Assembly (NCBI GenBank): GCA_964556545.1 | Contig: CAZKWE010000009.1 | Coordinates: 17,448-81,447, forward strand | Length of the DNA: 64,000 nucleotides | Origin: an uncultured Campylobacteraceae bacterium | GTDB lineage: Bacteria > Campylobacterota > Campylobacteria > Campylobacterales > JALSKU01 | Reading direction: 5' to 3' | Part shown: positions 28,454-40,553 of the stretch, piece after piece | How positions within the stretch are numbered: the stretch's first letter is position 1 | How the letters are laid out: every line of letters starts with the position of its first letter | Translations under genes and position numbers: made by a program | Notes under the pieces: generated by a model | The model's database searches: none | What the model was told of the DNA's origin: nothing | What the model saw: only the letters and a program-made list of their open reading frames with translations

Positions 28454-28920
28454 ACCTTTACTCTTTGAGCATGAGTTAGAGCTATAGCTATAGCATCAGT
28501 TATATCAAGAGGTTTTATCTCTTTTCTTATTCCAAGAATTCTTTTTACCATAAATGCCACTTGTTCTTTTGTTGCTTTTGCTTTTGAGGTTACTGCTTTT
28601 TTTACCTGAAGCGGAGTATATTCGTAAAAATTACCAAGTTCCAAAAGAATTTTAAGAGAAAGAGCTCCTCTAAATTGTGCCAGTTTTAAAACTGTTTTTG
28701 GATTGTGTGCATAAAATATATCTTCAATTGCAACTTCATCTATAATATGATTTTTTATAATCATATCTAAACCCTCGACAAGTTCTACAATTTGATTTTG
28801 GAGTTGTGTTTCTTTAATTTTTATAAGTCCGGCTTCTATAAGCGAAACTTTATTTTTTTCTTTTTTGATGATGGCATAACCACAATTTCTACTGCCCGGG
28901 TCTATTCCTAAAATATTCAT
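28450..28920 (-). CDS. ruvC: crossover junction endodeoxyribonuclease RuvC
   Basis: 156 aa with [18 protein letters not shown] and the C-terminal [13 protein letters not shown] motif. Confidence 0.9.
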   Translation of the reverse strand: MNILGIDPGSRNCGYAIIKKEKNKVSLIEAGLIKIKETQLQNQIVELVEGLDMIIKNHIIDEVAIEDIFYAHNPKTVLKLAQFRGALSLKILLELGNFYEYTPLQVKKAVTSKAKATKEQVAFMVKRILGIRKEIKPLDITDAIAIALTHAQRVKV

Positions 28921-29086
28921 TAATTTTACCTTATTAATTACTTATTCACACTATTTTCACTATGTGAATATATGTTAATCATATATCAAAAACTATTTTA
29001 ACTAATTATTTAAGGTATTTTAGCTAAAATAATATATATTTTCACATATTTTTCAATATGTGAAAAGTTTCAATCAAGGGAAAATT
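28921..29086. other. oriC part 1: DnaA-box cluster upstream of dnaA
   Basis: TTCAC-core 9-mers: TTATTCACA 28942-28950 (+), ATTTTCACT 28953-28961 (+), TGTGAATAT 28963-28971 (-), ATTTTCACA 29038-29046 (+), TGTGAAAAG 29059-29067 (-). The spacer is very AT-rich. Confidence 0.7.
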
Positions 29087-30403
29087 TTGCTGATAGATGA
29101 TATTTTGGAACTTTTAAAAAAAGAGATAACACTTCAAGAATACAACAGATATATAAAACAACTCTCTTTTAATGAAAAAGAGTCAAAATCAAACCTTTTG
29201 GTTTTTGAAGTACCGAATATTTTGGTAGCCAACTGGATAAAAACGAAATACAGCAGTAAAATTTCTCATCTATATGAAGTAAAAACCGGTAAAAAATCTC
29301 AAATAATTATAAGAGTAAAAAACGGTAAAACCGGTAAAAACAGTATAAAAAAAGAGGTCTCAAAAGAGATTCAAAATTCTAAAAAAATAACTATACTAAA
29401 TCCATCTTTTACATTTGGCAGTTTTGTTGTAGGAAGTTCAAACCAATTTGCTTTTACTGTTGCGAAATCAGTTGCCGAAAAACCTGGAATTGTTTATAAT
29501 CCTGTTTTTATATACGGTCCGACAGGTCTTGGAAAAACTCATTTGATTCATGCCATAGGAAATTATGCATCTCAAAAAGGCAAAATTATAATTTATGCCA
29601 CTATAGAACAATTTATGAATGATTTTACCTACAATCTAAGACAGCAAACAATGGATAGATTTAGAGAAAAATATAGAAATTGTGATATTCTTCTTATAGA
29701 TGATATTCAGTTTTTAAGCAATAAAATTCAAACGCAAGAAGAATTTTTTCATACTTTTAACGAACTTCACAATAATGGAAAACAGATAGTTTTAACTTCG
29801 GATAAACCTCCAAAGATGATTGCAGGTCTTGAAGAGAGACTAAAAAGCAGATTTGAATGGGGTATTAAAGCTGATATAACTTTACCTGAATTAGAAACTA
29901 AAATTGCCATAATAAAAAAGAAGTGTGAAATTGACGGAATTAAACTAAATGATGAAATTATAAATTATATAGCAACAAATATGGGCGATAATATAAGAGA
30001 AATAGAAAGTGCAATAATAAATCTAAATGCCTATGCATCTTTAATGGGACAAAAAATAACTTTTGAATTTGCAAAAAATGTTATGAAAGAACAGATAAAA
30101 GAAAGAAATAACAGTATATCATTGGAAGACATCATAAATGTAATTTCAAAAGAATTAAATATAAAACCAAGTGAAATAAAATCTAAAAGAAGAAATAAAA
30201 ATATAGTTGAAGCCAGACGAATCGGTATCTATCTGGCTAGAACTCTAACACCAAATTCTATGCCTTCTTTGGCAAATTTTTTTGGCATGAAAGATCATAC
30301 TGCAGTATCACATAATATGAAAAAAATAAATGAAATTATTCAAAATGATGAAAACTTTAAAGTTAGAGTTGATGAACTGAAAAATATGATCTTAACGAAA
30401 TAA
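29087..30403 (+). CDS. dnaA: chromosomal replication initiator protein DnaA
   Basis: Has GPTGLGKTHL, LLIDDIQFL and the C-terminal DNA-binding domain (R.IA.YL.R.LT..S...FG.KDHT.V.H). I prefer TTG 29087 (AAGGGA 5 nt upstream, N-terminus MLIDDILELLKKE). Track start GTG 29060 lies inside a DnaA box and lacks an SD. Confidence 0.9.
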   Translation: MLIDDILELLKKEITLQEYNRYIKQLSFNEKESKSNLLVFEVPNILVANWIKTKYSSKISHLYEVKTGKKSQIIIRVKNGKTGKNSIKKEVSKEIQNSKKITILNPSFTFGSFVVGSSNQFAFTVAKSVAEKPGIVYNPVFIYGPTGLGKTHLIHAIGNYASQKGKIIIYATIEQFMNDFTYNLRQQTMDRFREKYRNCDILLIDDIQFLSNKIQTQEEFFHTFNELHNNGKQIVLTSDKPPKMIAGLEERLKSRFEWGIKADITLPELETKIAIIKKKCEIDGIKLNDEIINYIATNMGDNIREIESAIINLNAYASLMGQKITFEFAKNVMKEQIKERNNSISLEDIINVISKELNIKPSEIKSKRRNKNIVEARRIGIYLARTLTPNSMPSLANFFGMKDHTAVSHNMKKINEIIQNDENFKVRVDELKNMILTK

Positions 30404-30540
30404 ATGTGAACAAATGTGAAAATAAAGTCAAACATTTAAATCTTGCAAATATAAAAATTTAAGAGGTTTAAACTACTTTTTCACATTTTCAAGGTAATAT
30501 ACTACTATTACTATTTTATTTTATAATATAAAAGGAAACA
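30404..30540. other. oriC part 2: DnaA boxes plus AT-rich candidate unwinding region between dnaA and dnaN
   Basis: TGTGAACAA 30405-30413 (-), TGTGAAAAT 30415-30423 (-), TTTTTCACA 30477-30485 (+). These are followed by the nearly pure A/T run 30496-30535. Confidence 0.6.
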
Positions 30541-30551
30541 AAGGAGTAAAG

Positions 30552-31619
30552 ATGAAAATTTCTATCAACAAAAGTGTTTTAGAAAATATGCTTATAAATA
30601 CACTTCCGTATTTGGAAAAAAAAGATTTAAGCCAAATAACTTCACATATTCTTATAAATGCTTATGAAGATACTTTAGATATTAAAAGTACCGATTTTGA
30701 AATAGGTATAGAAATTTTTAGTAAAAATGTTCATATCAATGAACCGGGTACTGCAACAGCAAACGGTAAAAAACTGTTTGATATAATAAAAATACTAAAA
30801 GACAGTGATGTAACACTTGAAACAATAAATGATTATCTTTATATAAAACAGAAACACTCAAAATTCAAACTTCCTATGTTTAATCCTTCCGAATTTCCTG
30901 AGTTTCCAAAAATTGATAATAAACCAAAATTTGAAATTAATTCTTCAGCATTGGTAAGATCTATTAAAAAAATAGCACCGGCAATTGATACAAACAATCC
31001 GAAGTTTGAATTAAACGGGGCACTGATAGATATAAAAAAAGATCATATCAATATAGTGGCAACCGATACAAAAAGACTTGCTTTGGTTAAGATAGATAAT
31101 AGCAGTGAAAAAGATATATCTCTTATCATTCCGAAAAAAGCCATAAGTGAAATTCAAAAGATATTTTTTGATGAAATTGAAATTTACTATGATGAAAACA
31201 GTTTCATAGCAATTTCACCGAATTTTAAATTTTTTACAAAACTTATAAATGGAAAATATCCTGATTATGAAAGAATAATACCAAAAGAGATGGATAAAAG
31301 ACTTCTTTTAAACAGAGATAAAATTATTGATGCTATCAAACAAATATGGGTAGTATCTCAAGAGATAAAAGTAACATTTAAACCTGATTTGATAGTTTTT
31401 GAAAGTTTAAATGATACCAATATAGAAGCTAAAACAGAGATAGAGTTCGATACAGGATTGAATGAAGAAATATTTCTTGCAATCAATTCAAAACATGTAA
31501 TAGATTTTTTAACAAATATTGAAAAAAACAGCTTTACTCTTGGATATAATGATTCAAGTATGCCTTTTACCTTGGAAAGTGATAACTTTTTAACTATAAT
31601 TATGCCTATAATGATATAA
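30552..31619 (+). CDS. dnaN: DNA polymerase III subunit beta
   Basis: 355 aa. Position after dnaA, three-domain clamp length, and ATDTKRLA and INGKYPDYERIIP motifs. Confidence 0.9.
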   Translation: MKISINKSVLENMLINTLPYLEKKDLSQITSHILINAYEDTLDIKSTDFEIGIEIFSKNVHINEPGTATANGKKLFDIIKILKDSDVTLETINDYLYIKQKHSKFKLPMFNPSEFPEFPKIDNKPKFEINSSALVRSIKKIAPAIDTNNPKFELNGALIDIKKDHINIVATDTKRLALVKIDNSSEKDISLIIPKKAISEIQKIFFDEIEIYYDENSFIAISPNFKFFTKLINGKYPDYERIIPKEMDKRLLLNRDKIIDAIKQIWVVSQEIKVTFKPDLIVFESLNDTNIEAKTEIEFDTGLNEEIFLAINSKHVIDFLTNIEKNSFTLGYNDSSMPFTLESDNFLTIIMPIMI

Positions 31620-31637
31620 AAAAATGAGGAACAGTAA

Positions 31638-33955
<2,318 letters not shown>

Positions 33956-33956
<1 letters not shown>

Positions 33957-35365
33957 TGCTCTATAGTGAAATCAAAGAGAGGGAAAATCGTTTCATACTC
34001 TCTTTGAAAATAGCACTGCCTTTTTTGTTTGTTGTTGCTTTTGCTATTTTGGTTATTGTAACTGATTTAGATATCAAATCACTTCTTAAAAATAATATAA
34101 TATCTTTTTTGGTTATTACTTTTTTATATATATACTATATTTTATATCAAATTTATATGGCTTTTAAAACTTCACTGATTGACAATATTACAAAAGCATT
34201 TTCAAGAGATTATATATTGAAGATTGTAGATATTGAAAAAAAATATGAAGATTTTTCCGTAGTACTTTTAAAAATAAATAATATAGAAGATATAAATGAC
34301 AGATATGGTATCAAAAAAACAGATAAAATACTTATGTTATTTGTTTATAAACTTGATGAATTTTTAAAAGAAGAAGGTTTTAAAAATAACAAAATAGGTC
34401 ATATAATAGGCGGAAGTTTTTTATTGGTTTTGCAAACAGATGAAAAAAAAGCAAATCATTTTATAAAACAGTTTATCAAAAAAATTGAAAACGGCCAAAT
34501 TGATAATATATTTTTAAAGATTTTTTACTCTGTATCTTTAAGCAGTAGTGAAAACAGTGCTGAAGAATTATTGGTTTCTCTTTATGAAAAAATAAAATCC
34601 GACAGTAAAGACAGAAGAAAGAGAAGAATAAATATAAAAGTAAGAGAATTTGAAAAACTGATTGTGAACTGTGTTAAAAACAGAGATTTTGATTTTAGAT
34701 TTCAGCCTATGGAAGATACAAAAACAAAAGAGATAAAAGTTTATGAATTATTAGTAAGATTAAATTCAAAAAAGTATGGAAAAATTTCACAAAATCAATT
34801 TATCTCTGTCGTCAACAGAATCGGATATGAATTGGCTTTTGATATGATAATTGTTGAAGAGATTTTTAAAATAGCAACCCGGTATAAAAATATGATTTTT
34901 TCAATCAATATATCTTCATATTCTATAAGAAACAGCCAATTTTTAAACAGAGTAAAAAAATTACTTAAAAATTATGATATTAAAAAATACAGTATTATTT
35001 TTGAAATAAATGCCAACAATACACTAAATGATATAGCAAGATTGAATGAAAATATAAATATGCTTAAAAATTTTGGTATTTTAATAGCAATTGATAGTTT
35101 TGGTGCGGATAATACTTCTTTTAAATATATAAAAAATATAAATTTTGATATAGTTAAATTTGATATAGATTATTCTAAAAGATATACAGAAAAAAAACAT
35201 CAGGAAATTTTAAAAGCTTTTATAAAAATATTTAAAAGTTTAAATGTTAAAACAGTTATAAAATTTATAGAAGATGAAGAGAGTTATAAATTTTTTAAAA
35301 ATATCGAAATAGATTATATACAGGGTTTTATCATAGGAAAACCAGTAAAAAATATAACTTCTTAA
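33956..35365 (+). CDS. membrane-anchored degenerate-GGDEF / EAL domain protein
   Basis: 469 aa with two N-terminal helices. The GGDEF position reads IIGGSFLLVL, so the catalytic acidic residues are absent. The EAL domain has YELLVR, SINIS, IAIDSFGAD and IQGF motifs. Confidence 0.7.
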
Positions 35366-35375
35366 GGAGAAAAAT

Positions 35376-35765
35376 ATGAAATATGGTGAAAAAGAGATAA
35401 AAGAATTTGATATTAAAAAAGATGAAAATTTTTGGCCAAATAACCATAAAAAAAATTATACTATAAAAATAACACTGCCGGAATTTATGTGTAAATGTCC
35501 AAGAAGCGGATATCCTGATTTTGCAACAATATATCTTGAATACATACCAAGAGATAAAGTTATAGAACTTAAAGCTTTAAAACTCTATATTAACTCTTTT
35601 ATGGATAGATATATAAGTCATGAAGACAGTATAAATGAGATATTTGATGCTCTTTATGAATCTTTGAAACCAAAATATATGAAAATTACAGGTGATTTTA
35701 ATCCCAGAGGAAATGTACATACCGTTATAGAAAGAGAAGAAAATGTTAGATGCAAAACTGATTGA
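35376..35765 (+). CDS. queF: NADPH-dependent 7-cyano-7-deazaguanine reductase (unimodular type)
   Basis: 129 aa with CPRSGYPDFATI.LEYIP and ELKALKLY..SF motifs. Confidence 0.9.
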   Translation: MKYGEKEIKEFDIKKDENFWPNNHKKNYTIKITLPEFMCKCPRSGYPDFATIYLEYIPRDKVIELKALKLYINSFMDRYISHEDSINEIFDALYESLKPKYMKITGDFNPRGNVHTVIEREENVRCKTD

Positions 35766-36948
35766 GTATTTTTTTAATGCCGCTTCCATACAACGATGGA
35801 ATGATTATCCAAGAATGATAGAGCTTGTTGAGCTTGATAAACAGGCTCATAAATTTATCATAGCTTACTTTATAGCAAAACTCGAAGATAATGTTGATTA
35901 TAGAGCACTTATCGAGGGAGGAATTTTTGAATTTTTAAGAAGAGTCGTAGTGACTGATATAAGACCTGATGTTTTTCACAAAGCTTTAATGCAAAAAAAA
36001 GATGAGATAAATTCCTGGGTTATTAAAAATTTAAAAGATTCTATCAAAGATATAGATAACGGAAATTTTTTGAAAAGATTTGAAGATTATTTGACAAATG
36101 ATAAATTATATAAAAAAGAGAGATTTATACTTAAAGCAGCTTCATATCTTGCAACAAAGTGGGAATTTTCCATAGTTTATCAAACAAGTTCTTTTTTAAG
36201 TGATATAGATAAAACAAAAATTGCCGTAGAGGAAGAGATAGAAGATTATTATGAACTTATTGGAGTAAGAAAAATAGCTCTTGGAAAAAAACTTGCCCAT
36301 TTAATAGATATAAGCGGAAGACTCAGATTTCAAAAAAGATGGGCACAAACCCCAAGAATTCCAAATACATCAGTTCTTGGACATATGCTTATAGTTGCAT
36401 TTTTGGGATATTTTTACTCTATTAAAGTAAAAGCATGTAATAAAAGAGTGGAAAATAACTTTTTTTGTGCACTTTTTCATGATCTTCCCGAAGCTCTTAC
36501 AAGAGATATAATTTCTCCTGTAAAGTACTCTGTTACCGGACTTGATGATATTATAAGCGAGTATGAAATAAGAAAAATAGAAGATGAGATTTTGCCATTG
36601 GTACCAAGTAGTTTTGTAAAAGAATTTAAATATATACTTGGTATATATGGTGATAAAAAAGATGAATTTGCCAATAAAATAAAATATGAAGGTACCATAA
36701 AAGAGGTTAATGACACAAAAAAATATAATGAAGATAAATACAATACTATTGATGGAAAAGCTTTAAAAGCCTGTGATAGAATTGCCGCTTTTATAGAAGC
36801 AACTTTATCTATATCTTATGGTGTCAAATCAAAAGAGTTGTTAAGCGGAAAAAAAGAGATATTGGGCAGGCTCAAAAACAATCAAGAGATAAATGGTATA
36901 AATTTTTATGAGTTGGCACAAGATATAGAAGAGTATTTTAAAGAGTAA
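35743..36948 (+). CDS. HD-domain phosphohydrolase (tandem YfbR-like halves)
   Basis: 401 aa. The second half has RW...P......SVLGHML and LFHDLPEALTRDI metal-binding motifs. The first half is a degenerate copy (SIQRWNDYPR). Confidence 0.65.
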   Translation: MLDAKLIEYFFNAASIQRWNDYPRMIELVELDKQAHKFIIAYFIAKLEDNVDYRALIEGGIFEFLRRVVVTDIRPDVFHKALMQKKDEINSWVIKNLKDSIKDIDNGNFLKRFEDYLTNDKLYKKERFILKAASYLATKWEFSIVYQTSSFLSDIDKTKIAVEEEIEDYYELIGVRKIALGKKLAHLIDISGRLRFQKRWAQTPRIPNTSVLGHMLIVAFLGYFYSIKVKACNKRVENNFFCALFHDLPEALTRDIISPVKYSVTGLDDIISEYEIRKIEDEILPLVPSSFVKEFKYILGIYGDKKDEFANKIKYEGTIKEVNDTKKYNEDKYNTIDGKALKACDRIAAFIEATLSISYGVKSKELLSGKKEILGRLKNNQEINGINFYELAQDIEEYFKE

Positions 36949-36951
36949 AAA

Positions 36952-37058
36952 GCACTTCTCTTCAGATGGCTGCGGCACATAAACTCACAGGGTGCTCTGC
37001 TGCGTTCCCGCCCTGAAGCATTGTCCTGTAAGTCTATTGCACAGGTCTGAAGAGAAGC
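36952..37058 (-). ncRNA. ffs: signal recognition particle 4.5S RNA
   Basis: GC-rich island in AT-rich DNA. The minus-strand RNA folds into one long hairpin closed by GCUUCUCUUCAGA/UCUGAAGAGAAG(U)GC. Its apex, CAGG-GCG-GGAA-CGC-AGCA, matches the domain IV pattern of E. coli 4.5S RNA (CAGG-UCC-GGAA-GGA-AGCA). A TGGTACAAT -10 box lies on the minus strand at 37093-37101. Ends are approximate. Confidence 0.75.
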
Positions 37059-37115
37059 ATTGAAGATATCTTGATATCCTCAATGTGATGAAATTGTACC
37101 AAATATGAGGTTAAT

Positions 37116-37574
37116 ATGATATTAAAAAAGATAAAAAATTATATCTTCTCTTTTTTCAGAGAGTTTTTGGTTTTTCATCACAGTTCTTTGGAGTTTAGAG
37201 CAAAATTGCTTGCATCAATGATAAGTATAAAAGAAAATATTGATAAATGTGAGAAAGATATATTGAAAAGTATAGCTGTTGAAATATATAAAAATGATGA
37301 CAGCAGAGCCGAAATTCTTATAAATACAACTCTTGAATATGTAAAAAAGATACATGAAATAAATGGTTTGTATATTGATGATTTGATATTGGATATTGAT
37401 AAAAATTTAAAGAAATATCCGAAATTTTATAAAAAAATTGATATAGAAAAATTAAATAGATTTTTAAAATGCAAAGCTACAACCGAAGAAAAACTTTTAA
37501 GACTAAGAATTTTGGAATATTATAAAAAAGAGTTGGAATATAAAGGTTTGTTAAATAATGCAGATAATAAATAA
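37116..37574 (+). CDS. hypothetical protein, co-transcribed with sensor kinase
   Basis: 152-aa ORF with SD GAGG. It overlaps the kinase start by 17 nt. It is helical, shows faint TerB-like resemblance only, and I recognise no family with confidence. Confidence 0.45.
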   Translation: MILKKIKNYIFSFFREFLVFHHSSLEFRAKLLASMISIKENIDKCEKDILKSIAVEIYKNDDSRAEILINTTLEYVKKIHEINGLYIDDLILDIDKNLKKYPKFYKKIDIEKLNRFLKCKATTEEKLLRLRILEYYKKELEYKGLLNNADNK

Positions 37575-39765
37575 AATAGTAATTGTTTTATTTATTATAT
37601 CTACTTTACTATTTTCATATGATAGATATAATATATTGGTTTTACACTCTTATCATAAAGGTTATAAATGGAGTGATGATATATCAAAAGCAATAGAAGA
37701 TAATTTTCAAAATAATCCGAATATCGATATAACTACACTTTATATGGATGCACAAAGAATTGAAAATGATTCATACTACAGTAAACTTTTTGAGCTTTAT
37801 AAAGAGGAATTTAAACATACTGCTTTTGATGTTGTTGTCGCAGTTGACAACAATGCCTTGGAATTTTTAACCAGGTTTAGAGATAAGATTTTTCAAAATA
37901 GTCCGATTGTTTTTTGCGGTATCAATAATTTCAGCGAAAAAATGATAGATTTTCCAAACTTTAGATATAAAGTTACCGGAATTGTAGAAAATGTTGATGT
38001 TAAAAAAAATATAGAGCTAATAATAAATATGGTTCCGTATCTTAACAAAATACTTATCATTAGTGATGAATCAAAAAGCGGATTGGATATAAAAAAAGAT
38101 ATTTTTAAAATTATGAAAAACTATTTTTATCTAAATTACGAATATCTTGATATGTTTGATTTAAAAGGTATAAAAAAGATAGTAAAAACTTTAAAAAAAC
38201 ATGATGCTATATTATATGTTTTTCATCAAAGAGATAAATCCGGAAAATATTTTACATATAAAGATTCTCTAAAAGAGGTAGCTTCTGTCAGTAAAGTTCC
38301 TATATTTGGTTTATGGGATTTTGATATGGGATACGGAGTAGTCGGAGGAGCTTTGCTAAATGGATACTCTCAAGGAAATGAAGCGGCAAAAATGGTATCT
38401 TTGATACTAAACGGAGTTGAACCGAAAGATATACCAATTTTAAAAAAAAGTACTTCAAGATATATATTTGATTATAATCTCTTAAAAAAATATAATTTAA
38501 AAATTCCAAAAAATATAAGAAAGGAAGCTTTGATTTTAAATAAACCAAAATCCATATATGAACAACATAAAAAAATTATTTGGATATTTGGTTCAATATT
38601 ACTGTTTTTGCTGATAGTCAGTATAATTTTACTTATTAATATAACCAAAAAAAACAGGGCTGAGAAAAAGCTTCAAGAACAGTTGAAATTTTTAGAAGTT
38701 TTGATTGAAACTATACCGAACCCTATTTTTTACAAAGACAAATCCGGAAAATATTTAGGATGCAATAAAGCTTATGCCGATTTTATAGGTGCTACAAAAA
38801 AAGATATCTTGGGTAAAACAAGTTATGCATTTTTTAAAAATTTTGTAGCAAGTCAAAATACAAAAAGAGATCAAGAACTTTTAAATTCATTGAAAAATGA
38901 TATATATGAGACAACTTTATATTCAAAAGACGGGAAATTTGCCAAACAGGTAATTATCAGCAAGGCCCCTTTTTATTTAAGTGACAATAGTGTTGGCGGA
39001 ATTGTATGTGTTATAGATGATATAACGGAAGTAACACAGCAAAAGGAACTTTTAAACCAACAGTCAAAATTGGCTGAGATGGGAGATATGATTGCGGCAA
39101 TTGCACATCAATGGAACGAACCTTTAGTAGAATTATCCGCGATAGTGCAAGATTTGCAAATGAATTTTTTGGAAGGAAGTATTGAAAAAAAAGATATTGA
39201 AGAATTTGTAAAAGATTCTATGATTCAAATACAATATATGTCAAATACTATAAAAGATTTTAGAAATTTTTTAAAGCCGTCTGTAAAAAAAGGAAAATTT
39301 TCTTTAAAAAAAGCATTTAGTGAAATTTATGAAATTATAGGAAAACAGATATTTTATGCAAATATAAATCTTATCTTTGCTGTTGATACCAAAAAAGAAG
39401 ATATTGAAATATACGGATATGAAAATGAATTTAAACAGGTACTTTTAAATCTTATCAATAATTCAAAATCAAAAATTATAGAGTTGCAAGAAAAAAATAA
39501 AAAGTTTATAATAGAAATAGAAGCTTTTATAAAAGAGAATAAAATTTTTATAAATATAAGAGATAATGGAGGCCATATAAAAGATAGTATTATAGAATTT
39601 ATATTTAATCCTTATTTTACAACTAAAAAGAATGGTACAGGACTTGGTCTGTATGTGGCAAAAATAATTATAGAAGATAAAATGAATGGGCATATCAAGG
39701 TACAAAATATTGAAAAAGATATAGTAGAATTTACAATTATTGTTCCAAAAGCAAAGGAGATATAA
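37558..39765 (+). CDS. sensor histidine kinase with periplasmic ABC-type substrate-binding-like domain and PAS domain
   Basis: 735 aa: signal anchor, ~300-aa periplasmic domain (VLHSYHKGYKWSDD pattern), TM helix, PAS (NPIFYKDK.GKYLGCNKAY), H-box IAHQWNEPL, and an ATPase domain (GTGLGLY). Confidence 0.8.
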   Translation: MQIINKIVIVLFIISTLLFSYDRYNILVLHSYHKGYKWSDDISKAIEDNFQNNPNIDITTLYMDAQRIENDSYYSKLFELYKEEFKHTAFDVVVAVDNNALEFLTRFRDKIFQNSPIVFCGINNFSEKMIDFPNFRYKVTGIVENVDVKKNIELIINMVPYLNKILIISDESKSGLDIKKDIFKIMKNYFYLNYEYLDMFDLKGIKKIVKTLKKHDAILYVFHQRDKSGKYFTYKDSLKEVASVSKVPIFGLWDFDMGYGVVGGALLNGYSQGNEAAKMVSLILNGVEPKDIPILKKSTSRYIFDYNLLKKYNLKIPKNIRKEALILNKPKSIYEQHKKIIWIFGSILLFLLIVSIILLINITKKNRAEKKLQEQLKFLEVLIETIPNPIFYKDKSGKYLGCNKAYADFIGATKKDILGKTSYAFFKNFVASQNTKRDQELLNSLKNDIYETTLYSKDGKFAKQVIISKAPFYLSDNSVGGIVCVIDDITEVTQQKELLNQQSKLAEMGDMIAAIAHQWNEPLVELSAIVQDLQMNFLEGSIEKKDIEEFVKDSMIQIQYMSNTIKDFRNFLKPSVKKGKFSLKKAFSEIYEIIGKQIFYANINLIFAVDTKKEDIEIYGYENEFKQVLLNLINNSKSKIIELQEKNKKFIIEIEAFIKENKIFINIRDNGGHIKDSIIEFIFNPYFTTKKNGTGLGLYVAKIIIEDKMNGHIKVQNIEKDIVEFTIIVPKAKEI

Positions 39766-39862
39766 ATATGAAACGAAGTTTCATTCTTGCCAAAGGCAAA
39801 GCTTTAGTGATAGGAATTTGCTTGGCGACTTGTTGCAAAGCAAAGGAGATATAAATATGAAA
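39748..39862 (+). repeat. perfect 26-bp direct repeats flanking a 63-bp insert at the kinase/regulator junction
   Basis: AAAGCAAAGGAGATATAAATATGAAA occurs at 39748-39773 and again at 39837-39862. The insert contains AGTGATAGGAATTT, which is shared with the two leader copies. Confidence 0.85.
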
Positions 39863-40501
39863 ATACTACTTTTAGAAGATAACAAAAGATTAAACAATAC
39901 TATAACAAAAAGATTAAAGATAGAGTGTTTTGAAGTTGATTCTTTTTTTGATGGAAGTAAAGCTTTTGAAGCAGTAGGAAAAGGATATAACTGTTATGTA
40001 CTTGATATAAATGTACCAAACATAAACGGTGTAAAGATACTGAAAAATATCAGGGAGTATTTTCCAAATGTTCCTATCATTATCATTAGTTCAACCGTTG
40101 AGCTTGATATCATAAAAAATGCCTACAATACCGGATGCGATGATTATATTAAAAAACCGTTTTTTATAGATGAATTGATTATAAAAATAAAAAAATTGTG
40201 TAATATTGATAAAAATATCATAAAGATAGATGAACATTATGTATTTAATACAAAAGAAAATTCTCTTCTAAAAGATAATAAAATTATAGAGTTATCCAAA
40301 AAAGAAAAACTTCTTCTCGAACTTTTTATAAATTATAAGGATAAGCTTGTAACTTATGAAAGAATAGAGAGTTTTGTATGGGAAGGGGAATTAACAACCA
40401 TAGATTCCATTAGAGCTTTAGTAAAAAGAGTTAGAAAAAAACTACCTCCAAATTGTATAAAGACAGAAGTCAATGAAGGATATAGATTTTTTGTCATATA
40501 A
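39857..40501 (+). CDS. OmpR-family response regulator
   Basis: Start at ATG 39857 (MKILLLEDNKRL, SD AAGGAG 8 nt upstream). The track start 39740 runs through the repeat insert. Receiver domain plus C-terminal winged helix (LS.KE..LLELF, GYRF). Confidence 0.85.
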   Translation: MKILLLEDNKRLNNTITKRLKIECFEVDSFFDGSKAFEAVGKGYNCYVLDINVPNINGVKILKNIREYFPNVPIIIISSTVELDIIKNAYNTGCDDYIKKPFFIDELIIKIKKLCNIDKNIIKIDEHYVFNTKENSLLKDNKIIELSKKEKLLLELFINYKDKLVTYERIESFVWEGELTTIDSIRALVKRVRKKLPPNCIKTEVNEGYRFFVI

Positions 40502-40553
40502 ATGTCATGTATATATGCTAAAATTGTTGTTAAATTTTTTAAAAGGAGCATAT

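Noticed and set aside
39768-39854. 28-codon ORF MKRSFILAKGKALVIGICLATCCKAKEI as a real gene
   Set aside because: It exists only because the 26-bp duplication copied the regulator's SD and ATG, and its C-terminus is a copy of the kinase tail. It is kept as part of the repeat finding but not called as a CDS.
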